Assembly (NCBI GenBank): GCA_011192005.1
Contig: DUFB01000066.1
Location: 583 to 64,582, forward strand
Reading direction: 5' to 3'
Source of the DNA: Dehalococcoidia bacterium
Lineage (GTDB): Bacteria > Chloroflexota > Dehalococcoidia > Dehalococcoidales > RBG-16-60-22
DNA: 64,000 nt
A program made the position numbers and the translations under genes. Every line of letters starts with the position of its first letter. The first letter of the stretch is position 1. The notes under the pieces are model-generated. The model saw only the letters and a program-made list of their open reading frames with translations, was not told the origin of the DNA and made no database searches. Shown in pieces: positions 27,501 through 36,991 of this stretch.

Positions 27501-29240
27501 TTACAGCACTCCGGCATCATACACGACATTCCCACCGGCAATTGTCATCAAGATTTTTAAATCTACGATTTTGTGTGGATCAATGGTGAGGATATCATCA
27601 TCAATGATGCAGAAATCAGCAACCTTACCGGGATCGATCGTACCCTTGTAGTCCTCCATGTGATCCAACCAGGCGCCGTGACTCGTATAGGTAGCTATGG
27701 CTTCAGGCACAGTAATACACTGCTCCGGGCCACTGGGTTTACCGGTAGCTTTTGATTCCCTTAAAACCGCTCCTTGCACGCCCGGTCTCCAATCTGGGTA
27801 GATAACCGGGGCATCAGAGCTGTTGGCTACAATAATGCCATTATCGAGCATTGTTCTCAAAGGCCAGTGGTATCCTGCTCTCTCCGGTCCGACAACCGTC
27901 TCCATAAAGTCAGAGATGGTCCACTTTATAGGCGATTGGATATTTAAACCAACCTGATATCGGGAACGCTGGTTAAATTCCCCGATCTTCCTTAGAGTCT
28001 CAGGCATGGAAAAATCACTGTGTATTGTATAGTGGCGGGCATCCCACGGGTCTTCATCAATACATTTCATGTATTGGTCAGTGCAGATATCGACAGTCCT
28101 TTCACCGCAGCTATGAATACCGACCTGCAACCGATTCTGGTGCAGGACTTTTATCATTTCTCTTAAATTTCTCTCCTGTTCCTCTATCGTATCGCCTTCG
28201 GTCACCAGAAGTCCGTGTGTACCATCCAGATAAGGTTGATACATAAACGCAGTCTTTAGAGGAGGTATACCATCGGCTACAATTTTGGCTCCACCAACTT
28301 TTAACCATTCATTGCCAAAATTATATCTGCACCCGACATATTTTAAAGCTTCTTTCATCGTTTCCAGCACAGTCTTCCCGAAACCTGCCAGCATTAATAA
28401 CATGTTAACCCGGCAGGTAAATTTACCATCTTTAAAGTTTTCATTAAAGACATCATTATAACATGCCCATTTTTCCCGATCGACACCCGCATCTGTAAAA
28501 CTCGTGATACCCAGCGAGCTTAATTCGGACATGGCACCAAGTAAAGCCTCTTTTCGTTGTTGGGAAGTCCATGGAGGAATCTTTTCTCTCACCGGCATTG
28601 CTGCCTTCTCATACAGCAAGCCGGTAAGTTCCCCGCTTTCAGGGGATCTTTCAATCCTCCCACCCACTGGATCAGGTTGGTCTCTAGTGATCCCAGCTAT
28701 CTCCAGAGCTCTGCTATTTACCCATATACGATGCCCGGAATATTCCGTAAGAACAACAGGATTATTCGGAGCAATCCTATCCATATCTTCTCTAGAGGGC
28801 TTACGATTAGAATCAGCGAGGCACTCTTCCAAGTAACCTTCGTCCCAACCTTCTCCAAGTATCCATTCTCCAGGCTTTACCAACTTTACTTTTTCAGCCA
28901 CCATTTCAAGAATATCAGCGATAGATTTTATTACCGGAAATCTTGTTTCCAACATAAAGGGAGGCCGTGTTAACGCCCAGTCGGAAATATGGCAATGTGT
29001 ATCGTTAATGCCGGGTAACACAGAATTGCCTTTTAGGTCAACTGTTTTTGTTTTCCTGCCGACAAGCGCACCAATATCTTCTGTTGTGCCAACAGCGATT
29101 ATTTTATCGCCCCGGACAGCTAATGCCTGAGCTATGGAGAAATCACGATCAACCGTGATTACCTTACCATTGGTAATAACTAAATCGGCTTTCATCAGGT
29201 CTAATAATGAGTTGCTACTTTTCATATCTCTTTCTTGCAT
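27501..29240 (-). CDS. Amidohydrolase_3 family metal-dependent hydrolase (YtcJ-like), copy A1
   Basis: 579 aa. LPGINDTHCH metal motif, the long insertion typical of Amidohydrolase_3, and C-terminal GKVADFCIID. Paralog of 32459..34141. Confidence 0.88.
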   Translation of the reverse strand: MQERDMKSSNSLLDLMKADLVITNGKVITVDRDFSIAQALAVRGDKIIAVGTTEDIGALVGRKTKTVDLKGNSVLPGINDTHCHISDWALTRPPFMLETRFPVIKSIADILEMVAEKVKLVKPGEWILGEGWDEGYLEECLADSNRKPSREDMDRIAPNNPVVLTEYSGHRIWVNSRALEIAGITRDQPDPVGGRIERSPESGELTGLLYEKAAMPVREKIPPWTSQQRKEALLGAMSELSSLGITSFTDAGVDREKWACYNDVFNENFKDGKFTCRVNMLLMLAGFGKTVLETMKEALKYVGCRYNFGNEWLKVGGAKIVADGIPPLKTAFMYQPYLDGTHGLLVTEGDTIEEQERNLREMIKVLHQNRLQVGIHSCGERTVDICTDQYMKCIDEDPWDARHYTIHSDFSMPETLRKIGEFNQRSRYQVGLNIQSPIKWTISDFMETVVGPERAGYHWPLRTMLDNGIIVANSSDAPVIYPDWRPGVQGAVLRESKATGKPSGPEQCITVPEAIATYTSHGAWLDHMEDYKGTIDPGKVADFCIIDDDILTIDPHKIVDLKILMTIAGGNVVYDAGVL

Positions 29241-29315
29241 CCCCCCTTCGTTAGATAGACAAATAAAACCATGCCAACATAACCGCCAATAATAGTCCTC
29301 TGACGAATTTGAATT

Positions 29316-30701
29316 TTATTTAATACTCTTACAGATATCCAGAAGAATATCTGTTGCCTTCTCCATATATTCTCTCGTAATAGTTAATGACGGCATAAAA
29401 CGTATCACATTGTGGTAACGGCCACAGGGGACAGCGATTATTCCCTGGTTGAGCAGTCCTGCCATAATTGCCCCCATATTCTCCGCAGAAAGTGGCTCTT
29501 TAGTTTCCTTATCCTCCACAAGCTCTATTCCGATGAACAGCCCTTTCCCGCGGATGTCCCCGATGATACCGATGTCCCTTGAAGCTTTCTGGAGTCTGGT
29601 TTTGGTCTCCTCACCCAATTTAGTAGCCCTGCCCATAAGGTCGTAACCACTATCTATAAGAATATCAATATTGGTTATGCAGACAGCTGCGGAAAGGGAA
29701 TTCGCGGCGAATGTATTGGGCTGTGATGACTCCTCCAGTTTATCAGCGAATTCAGCCTTAAACGTAACGCCAGCCATGGGAAGATCACCACCCATACCCT
29801 TGCCCCATGTCAACATATCGGGGACAACATTGCTGTGCTCGATAGACCACATCTTGCCGCTTCGTCCCGCACCTGCTTGAACCTCATCAGCAATGAATAG
29901 AGTTCCTTTTTTCTCGCAGGATTTTTTTAGTATCTCCATGTAACCCGGCGGTGGCGCCAGATAACCGCCTTCACCCTGCAGCGGTTCCACGATAAGTGCG
30001 GCGACGTCATCCGCGGCTGTATAAGGAGTATTAAGCACGTAATCGACGTATTTGGCACACTGGAGGTCGCAACTCGGATACTCCAGTCCAAAACAGCAGC
30101 GGTAGCAATAGGCATAAGGAACGTGTATGACATAGGGCATCAGGGGCCCATAACCGTGGCGGTAGTTATCCCCCGTAGTCAGTGCACCAGATCCAACCCA
30201 CACCCCGTGATAACCTCCATGAAAGGCGACAATCTGCGATCTGCCAGTCAAATGCCGGGCGAATTTGATAGCTGTTTCCACAGCGCCGCTACCGCTTTGG
30301 GTAAAGTAACTCACACAATTATTACGAAGTCCTTCAGGCATGATTTTGGATATATTTTTTGCCAATTCTGTGCGGCGAGTGCTCACCGCCTCAATAGCGT
30401 GCATCATCTTACCTATCTGTTCTTGTATTGCCTCGACCACCCTCGGGTGCCGTCGACCTACCGCACTTACGGCAACTCCGGCTGTTAAATCAATAAAAAG
30501 GTTGCCATCGGGATCCTTGACAGTGGCACCCATACCTTCATTAAAAACGGGAGGAGCAGCACCACCGGGACGGGTTAACGACTCATACTTTGGTACATCC
30601 TTCAGCACCTTAAGGCTTTTTGGTCCCGGAATCTCGGTTGTGATTTCCGGTGCGCCCGGATAGGATAACTTAGCCAGTTCTGTTTCTGATATCATGTCCA
30701 T
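29316..30701 (-). CDS. Class-III PLP-dependent aminotransferase (omega-amino acid / GABA-type)
   Basis: 461 aa. SGSGAVETAIKFAR, FIADEVQAGAGRSGKMW, and the TWGKGMGGD PLP-lysine region. Confidence 0.88.
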   Translation of the reverse strand: MDMISETELAKLSYPGAPEITTEIPGPKSLKVLKDVPKYESLTRPGGAAPPVFNEGMGATVKDPDGNLFIDLTAGVAVSAVGRRHPRVVEAIQEQIGKMMHAIEAVSTRRTELAKNISKIMPEGLRNNCVSYFTQSGSGAVETAIKFARHLTGRSQIVAFHGGYHGVWVGSGALTTGDNYRHGYGPLMPYVIHVPYAYCYRCCFGLEYPSCDLQCAKYVDYVLNTPYTAADDVAALIVEPLQGEGGYLAPPPGYMEILKKSCEKKGTLFIADEVQAGAGRSGKMWSIEHSNVVPDMLTWGKGMGGDLPMAGVTFKAEFADKLEESSQPNTFAANSLSAAVCITNIDILIDSGYDLMGRATKLGEETKTRLQKASRDIGIIGDIRGKGLFIGIELVEDKETKEPLSAENMGAIMAGLLNQGIIAVPCGRYHNVIRFMPSLTITREYMEKATDILLDICKSIK

Positions 30702-30774
30702 TCTCCTTATAAAAATTTAAATATCTAATAGATTTGACTACATCTCAATAAATTATGTAATCAATAAAAATGGA

Positions 30775-31884
30775 TCACAAAGTATCTAAAGAGGTATATT
30801 CTAAACCCAGTGATTTGGCTACTGGTGCGTATACCAACTTACCTTTATAGACATTCAGACCCTTTTTTAGGTTTTCATCAGTTCGTAATGCTTCGCAGTA
30901 TCCCATGTCTGCCAGTTTTAAAATGTAGGGGAATGTAGCATTGGTCAATGCAAACGTTGAACTTCTTGAGACTGCCGAAGGTATATTCGCCACGCAATAA
31001 TGGAGAACATCATCAACGATGAATACAGGCTTATCATGGTTGGTCGGAACAGAAGTTTCACAGCACCCACCCTGGTCGACCGCAACATCCACCAATACGG
31101 AGCCCTTGCGCATTTTTGTCAACATTTCTCTCGTCACTAATTTCTCTGCCCTGGCTCCCGGTATTAACGTTGCGCCCACTACGAGGTCGGCATCAGCTAA
31201 TACTGCTTCGATATTACTTTTATTGGAAGCTATAGTGATCAGTCTGCCACTAAGGATATCAGCCAAGTATCTCAGCCTTTCAATATTTATATCTAAAATG
31301 GTGACGCTAGCACCCATTCCGAGCGCTACTTTAGCAGCGTTAGTACCGACAGTCCCGCCCCCGATAATAACAACATTACCCGGTCTGATTCCCGGTACAC
31401 CCCCTAATAAAACTCCACTACCCCCATTTTCTCTCTGAAGATAACAGGCGCCCACCTGAACTGACAGTTTGCCAGCTATTTCACTCATCGGTTCCAGTAA
31501 CGGTAAAGAACCATCGGGCAACTGGACCGTCTCGTAGGCAATCCCTATTACCTTTCTCTCTAACAAGGCCTTCGTCAGTTCCAGGGCAGGGGCAAGATGT
31601 AAATAAGTAAACAGTATCTGTCCTTCTTTAAGTAAAGGCCATTCTTCGTGAATCGGCTCCTTTACCTTGATGACCATCTCCGCTTCTCCGAATATTTCGT
31701 CTACCGACTCCTTTATCTCGGCACCAGCAAGCTGGTACTCCTCGTCGGAGATACCGCTTCCATCACCCGCTGATCTTTCCAACAGAACCCGGTGACCTTT
31801 TGAAACCAGTGTTCTTACACCAGCGGGGACCATGGCGACACGATACTCATAATTTTTTATTTCCCTGGGAACACCTATAATCAT
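30775..31884 (-). CDS. ald: Alanine dehydrogenase
   Basis: 369 aa. MIIGVPREIKNYEYRVAMVPAGV, the GGGTVGTNAAKVALGMGA Rossmann motif, and full-length Ald similarity. Confidence 0.92.
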   Translation of the reverse strand: MIIGVPREIKNYEYRVAMVPAGVRTLVSKGHRVLLERSAGDGSGISDEEYQLAGAEIKESVDEIFGEAEMVIKVKEPIHEEWPLLKEGQILFTYLHLAPALELTKALLERKVIGIAYETVQLPDGSLPLLEPMSEIAGKLSVQVGACYLQRENGGSGVLLGGVPGIRPGNVVIIGGGTVGTNAAKVALGMGASVTILDINIERLRYLADILSGRLITIASNKSNIEAVLADADLVVGATLIPGARAEKLVTREMLTKMRKGSVLVDVAVDQGGCCETSVPTNHDKPVFIVDDVLHYCVANIPSAVSRSSTFALTNATFPYILKLADMGYCEALRTDENLKKGLNVYKGKLVYAPVAKSLGLEYTSLDTL

Positions 31885-32458
31885 GATTCGTCAAGTCTCC
31901 TTGTTACATTGAATGCTTAATACTTAGAGTAAAGAAGAATGTGGTTATAAATTTATTACTTATAACATCTGTATATAAAGGAGTGAATCATTTGAACATC
32001 ATCTGTTTTTAGTTAAACATTAAGGCAGTATGTATTCAATGCCTCATTTGGGCTATCTTTAAATGTTGTAACATGGGGCAAATTTGATGATACTATAGGC
32101 TGTATTATAAGAATAATGGTTTATCAATGCGTTAATTAATATCAAAATAACTGCCCGTTTTATAGTTTTTATAGAGTATAGGATTATTACTAACGTGGGT
32201 ATTTATTATCTAACCATAATAGCTATTTTTAGCTATTGAACGCATTAGATTATGAACGTACCCTATATGTATGTGGTTCAGTATGATTTTCGTCCACGTT
32301 GGCGTAAAACATTGCCTCCTTATTCTGAAGCGAACTAATAAGCCTGTTTTCCATTTCACTATTGTGGCCAGACCTTTGTATTCCCTTTCCCAATTAAGGT
32401 AAATAACTCATATCTTCCGTATATTAGATAATTTAACGATATTAAGGAGAAGAGCCTT

Positions 32459-34141
32459 ATGAAAAAGCAAATCAAGTCGAAATGGCAACCAATGAATCCT
32501 GATCTGGTGATGTATAACGGAAAAATCGTTACCGTTGATAATGATTTCTCAATCACCGAAGCCATAGCAATCAAAGATAATAGAATATATGGCGTAGGTT
32601 TAAGCTCTGATATGAAAAACCTGTCCGGTGAAAAAACCGAACTTATAGATTTGAATGGTGCTACAGTGTTGCCCGGGATCAATGATGCACATTGCCATCT
32701 CAATGGCTTCGGATTGGAGAGACCTCCTTTTTTGGTTGACCTTGCCTATCCACTGATCAAGTCACTAGAAGACATTAGAAAGACAACAGCGGCTAAAATC
32801 GCTGAAGTTGGCATCGGTAAGTGGATTTCGGGATGGGGATGGGATAGAGGTTTCCTGGCGGAGTTCAAGGACAAGCCGCAATCCTGGCCAACTCGATATG
32901 ATATTGACCCGGTAAGTCCCGATAATCCCGTTGTATATTCCGAATTTTCCGGCCATACCTGTCTCGTTAATAGCAAAGTCCTGGAGATAGCCGGAATCAA
33001 CAGAGATACGCCCAATCCTGAAAACGGCATCATCCAGAGGGATGCGTCCGGAGAACCGACCGGCATACTTTTTGAGACGGCCGCAGGCATGATGCGTGAG
33101 TTGGTACCGCCACCGACGGAAGCAGAACGAAAAACCGGCATTCTCAATGCTATGGCGGAACTGAACTCACTGGGGATAACCTGCGTCACCGAGCCCGGAC
33201 TCAACGCTGACCAGATCAGAATATATACGAATCTATATAATCAGGGGAAATTTACACTCAGAGTGAATTGTATGGTCATGGGTGGTCCGTCACTCAACGC
33301 AGTCAAACAAATCCTTGATAACGTGGGAACGTGTACCGGGTTTGGCAACGAGTGGTTGAGAATATCAGGACTGAAGCTGCTGGCGGACGGTATCCCGCCC
33401 TCAAAAACTGCCTTTATGTACGAAGATTATCTCGGAGGAGGCCATGGCAAATTGCTGGTAGATGGAAAAACCGACGAAGAACGATATGACATGTTGATCA
33501 GCATGATCAAGTATGCCAATGCCCGCGACTTTCAGGTTGGTATTCATGTGACCGGAGACCGGGGTATTGATGCCTGTGTGGACGGATACATCGCTGCCCT
33601 GGCAGAACATCCCTGGGACGCAAGACACTATACTATTCATACAGATTACGTGACATTAAAGTGTATGAAAAGGATGGCCAAGCATAACATCGGAGCCAAC
33701 ATACAATCGGCGATAAAGTGGACTATCGGTAATCTGATGGTCGGTATTGTCGGTGAGAAAAGAGCCGCCTATCACTGGCCCTTGAAATCATTATTTGACG
33801 CAGGCGTCAGGGTGAGTAACAGTTCCGATGCTTCGGTGACTTACCCGGATTGGAGACAAGGTGTTGAATCTGCCGTTTTACGTAAAGACAAAGCTACAGG
33901 AAACGTTCTCGGTGCGTACGAATGTATTAGTGTTGAACAAGCCATCCGTTCTTACACCATCAACGGTGCGTGGCAGGATCATCAAGATAATGTCAGAGGT
34001 TCAATTGAAGTTGGAAAACTAGCCGATTTCACGATCATAGGTGACGACATTTTATCCATCGATCCCAACAGGATTCACGAAATTCCGGTACTTTATACCA
34101 TAGTCGACGGAAAGATTGTTTATAAAAACCTAAAATATTAA
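32459..34141 (+). CDS. Amidohydrolase_3 family metal-dependent hydrolase (YtcJ-like), copy A2
   Basis: 560 aa. SD AAGGAG. LPGINDAHCH and GKLADFTIIG. Collinear with A1 over its whole length. Confidence 0.88.
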   Translation: MKKQIKSKWQPMNPDLVMYNGKIVTVDNDFSITEAIAIKDNRIYGVGLSSDMKNLSGEKTELIDLNGATVLPGINDAHCHLNGFGLERPPFLVDLAYPLIKSLEDIRKTTAAKIAEVGIGKWISGWGWDRGFLAEFKDKPQSWPTRYDIDPVSPDNPVVYSEFSGHTCLVNSKVLEIAGINRDTPNPENGIIQRDASGEPTGILFETAAGMMRELVPPPTEAERKTGILNAMAELNSLGITCVTEPGLNADQIRIYTNLYNQGKFTLRVNCMVMGGPSLNAVKQILDNVGTCTGFGNEWLRISGLKLLADGIPPSKTAFMYEDYLGGGHGKLLVDGKTDEERYDMLISMIKYANARDFQVGIHVTGDRGIDACVDGYIAALAEHPWDARHYTIHTDYVTLKCMKRMAKHNIGANIQSAIKWTIGNLMVGIVGEKRAAYHWPLKSLFDAGVRVSNSSDASVTYPDWRQGVESAVLRKDKATGNVLGAYECISVEQAIRSYTINGAWQDHQDNVRGSIEVGKLADFTIIGDDILSIDPNRIHEIPVLYTIVDGKIVYKNLKY

Positions 34142-34233
34142 AATGCGAGTATCAAGACTTGGTTTCTCCTGATAAATACGAACAGGCAGTAAAAGCTGTT
34201 ATTTAATTGTTACTGAAAAGGGGAGGCAAATCA

Positions 34234-34686
34234 ATGACATTACTGCAAACCGCCAAATACATCAGAACGAATATCACAAGGCCATCACGTCATGTCGAGG
34301 TCACGGCACCGATACCGGTCTTGAGAAGTGACGATAACTATGGCGACCACGGGTTCTGGATGTACTGGAAATGTATTACTAAACCCTATGTAGACGAGTC
34401 TGAGACCCATAAACACGATTTCGATCAGTATCTGGTATTCCTCGGAGGGGAGCCGGAAAATATGCTGGACCTGGATGGAGAAGTGGAATTAACCCTAAGT
34501 GAAGATGGTATTAAAAAGGAAGTGCATACTTTTACCCGATATACCACCGTGTATATCAGGGCCGGATTGTATCATTGCCCGCTTATTTTTAAGAAAGTGA
34601 CCAAACCGATTATCTTTTATGACTTTGTTAACACACAACAATATAGCCGCAAATTCAAAGACCCGGGGAAGAAGTGGCAACCATAG
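34234..34686 (+). CDS. Uncharacterised cupin-like protein, paralog 3 of 4
   Basis: ORF 34207..34686. The ATG at 34234 lies 7 nt after an AAGGGGAGG SD. ETHKHDFDQYLVFLGGEP...DGEVELTLSEDG...AGLYHCPL...KPIIFYDF. Lies 92 nt downstream of amidohydrolase A2. Confidence 0.75.
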   Translation: MTLLQTAKYIRTNITRPSRHVEVTAPIPVLRSDDNYGDHGFWMYWKCITKPYVDESETHKHDFDQYLVFLGGEPENMLDLDGEVELTLSEDGIKKEVHTFTRYTTVYIRAGLYHCPLIFKKVTKPIIFYDFVNTQQYSRKFKDPGKKWQP

Positions 34687-35228
34687 TGGAATACTATGAG
34701 ATAAACGTACGTAACCTGAAAACAAGGAAAAAACCAGCGTTAACAGGAGAAACACATCCATTGAAAGAAAATTCAGAACACTTAATATCAAATACACACA
34801 ATACCAACAATACTGAATCCGAAGTCGCCAGAGATTCTGAAACCGGATCATCTGCTTTTCCTCCCCGAGGCCATAATGAAATATCGACAAGAATAGGATA
34901 TCTTCCTTCCCTGACCCCGCCACCAATTCAGAAAAGGAAAGACAAAATCCCGGAGAGGATATACAGTTTCGAGATACCACCTGAGCCAATTCCAGCCAGT
35001 GATATCAAGGAAGAGATCGAGGCCGAAGTAGTTGTAGTCGGCGCCGGAATAGCCGGATTAAGCGCCTCAATTTCTGCAGCGGAAGCAGGCGCCAAGACCA
35101 TCTTGGTAGAAAAGATGGCAACGGTTCAAGCCCGCGGCCATGATAATGCCTTTCTCAATAACCGGCTCCAGAAGAAGCTGGGTATAGAGATTGACAAAGA
35201 AGAAGTTATATTAAATCTGATGAAATAA
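34674..35228 (+). pseudogene. N-terminal fragment of an FAD-dependent oxidoreductase (FrdA/KstD-like dinucleotide-binding fold only)
   Basis: AEVVVVGAGIAGLSASISAAEAGAKTILVEKM is a GxGxxG FAD motif. The ORF stops about 60 aa later, whereas such flavoproteins are normally over 450 aa. No continuation is seen in any frame before the convergent gene at 35496. Confidence 0.45.
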
Positions 35229-35495
35229 GGAGATTTTTCGAGGGGGCCAAAGTACAGTGATTCTTGCTATAAACCGGGAGTGAACGCAGGTAATTCTGTG
35301 TCAATGGGGGGAATCCTTTTGTGCAACCGGTCTAACTGTACAACAATAGAACTCATAACCGATTGGCCGTAGGTTCGAACCTTCTTTTCAATTTCGGATT
35401 TCACCAACAATTATCAAAATACTATTTTGTTGGATTGTTGGTAGAAGAAAGGTCAAACCTTTGTCTTTGAAGCAAGTGGAATAATTCTGTATCTA

Positions 35496-36353
35496 CTATC
35501 GAATACGTGAGTTATCCTTTAAAGGAGCGTTAATTATCCCGTAGAATTCTGGTCTGCGGTCTCTTATAATATCAGCTTCGAATCTGCCAGGTATGACTAC
35601 TCTGTGTTTCTCCCTAGCTAATGCTGGATTAATCTCAGCATAGATAATATCTTCTTCGTATGACTTGCCTTCAGAAATTGTAGTACCTGCACAATCAACA
35701 ATCTTACTCATACCGAAGAATTTGACACCTCCCTCCTCGCCAACACGATTAACAGCGATGTGAAAGACGTTGTTCTCATAGGCTCTGGTAACTAAAGTAT
35801 GTTCAGGTGTAAATTCAACTCCTTGAGGCCAATTAGTAATTATAACAATAACTTCGGCTCCTAAAAGCGATAAAACACGGGAGTGTTCGGGAAAACGCAT
35901 GTCATAGCAGATGCCTATACCGATCCTGCCTATATCTGTATCATAAACTTCCAGAGGCAGGTCTCCGTGATTTAGGAAACGGTCAATACCAAGAAATGGC
36001 AGGTGAAGTTTTCGATATTTGCCGATTAATCCATGCGGTCCAACAAATGCAGCTGAATTGTAATATTTTCCTCTATCTTCTTCTATGAGGCCTAATATGA
36101 CATATACATTTAATTGGCGGCAGAGTTTCGTAATACTCTCGGTAGCGACGCCTGGTATAGTATCAGCTACCGGTAATACCTCTTCCAGACTGTTAAAAAC
36201 GTAACCGCTCAATGTTGCTTCGGGAAATACAATTAATTGAGTTCGCTCTTCGGCAGTGATTTTTATAAAATCCAGGCATCGATTTAAATTTCGGTCTTTA
36301 TTCAAAATCTCGGGACTCATTTGTATACCGGCAATCTTTATAGTTTCATCCAT
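35496..36353 (-). CDS. Carbon-nitrogen hydrolase family protein (nitrilase/amidase superfamily)
   Basis: 285 aa. SD GGAGGGG. Glu-Lys-Cys triad contexts: VFPEATLSGY, YRKLHLP, GIGICYDMRFPE. Confidence 0.88.
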   Translation of the reverse strand: MDETIKIAGIQMSPEILNKDRNLNRCLDFIKITAEERTQLIVFPEATLSGYVFNSLEEVLPVADTIPGVATESITKLCRQLNVYVILGLIEEDRGKYYNSAAFVGPHGLIGKYRKLHLPFLGIDRFLNHGDLPLEVYDTDIGRIGIGICYDMRFPEHSRVLSLLGAEVIVIITNWPQGVEFTPEHTLVTRAYENNVFHIAVNRVGEEGGVKFFGMSKIVDCAGTTISEGKSYEEDIIYAEINPALAREKHRVVIPGRFEADIIRDRRPEFYGIINAPLKDNSRIR

Positions 36354-36697
36354 CCTGGTACCCCTCCGAGTAATCTGTATTTCACGTTCATTATGGTGAG
36401 ATCATGACTAGCCAAAGTTACTCTGAACTATCCTCCTTTAGTCATAAAGCATCAACGTTGAATGCCGTCTAGGGTCTTTGGTACTATGCCAACAGTTTTA
36501 TCGCTATGATATATTATCTTACGAAATTAAGAAAGTACCTATTAACACAATTCATCTTATTGTTGAACCTACTTTTTAACCCTAACCTAAAAACTGTAGC
36601 ATTGTTATATGCGAGCACTACCGGTAAGGCGGAAAGTAAGTGTGGGATGCAAATTGTAAACAGCCGACTCTCCCCCGTCTCCAGTCTGTAAGTTGAC

Positions 36698-36730
36698 ACT
36701 CTAGTACTTCACGTACTAGAGTTTATTTTT
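36698..36730 (+). terminator. Orphan rho-independent terminator in a divergent intergenic region
   Basis: Perfect 10-bp stem ACTCTAGTAC (36698..36707) / GTACTAGAGT (36713..36722), 5-nt loop, then TTATTTTT. There is no annotated + strand gene upstream of it. Confidence 0.6.
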
Positions 36731-36751
36731 CTATCCCAATATAATATAGCC

Positions 36752-36780
36752 TTGTTCGCGTGTGAATAGAGGTGTATAAT
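36752..36780 (+). promoter_or_regulatory. Candidate promoter TTGTTC-17-TATAAT (TG immediately upstream of -10) for the LUD/CoA operon
   Basis: -35 at 36752..36757 and -10 at 36775..36780. Implies a ~200-nt leader before the ATG at 36992. Confidence 0.4.
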
Positions 36781-36991
36781 CTTCTTAACCAAAAAGACTT
36801 GTTTTTAGGTATACTATCAACATAGAAAATATACGATAGTCAACTTTAAGGAACTGGAAGGGACCTTATTATTCATGCAGAACATACCGCGAGGTGAAGT
36901 GTAAATCGGTACTAATTTCATGCACAGTTTAGTCACTAGAGTACTATGATGCACACTAAAGATCAAAACTAGAAAGGCTGGAATATATATT

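Noticed and set aside
32359-32703. ORF 32359..32703(-), 114 aa, in the ald/amidohydrolase divergent region.
   Set aside because: It overlaps the well-supported start of amidohydrolase A2 in antisense. It is AT-rich and low-complexity and has no SD.
35352-35385. tRNA-like fragment. CTCATAACC resembles a CAU anticodon loop and is followed 12 nt later by GGTTCGAACC, which resembles a T-loop.
   Set aside because: No anticodon stem, T stem, D arm or acceptor stem can be drawn. The GGTTCGAACC is part of a simple 12-nt palindrome. At most it is a decayed remnant and not a gene.
36506-36699. ORFs 36506..36691(+) and 36514..36699(-), 61 aa each.
   Set aside because: They are mutually overlapping mirror ORFs in non-coding-like AT-rich DNA. 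Neither has an SD, and both translations are hydrophobic and low-complexity. The interval is better explained as a non-coding transcript or leader; see the orphan terminator finding.
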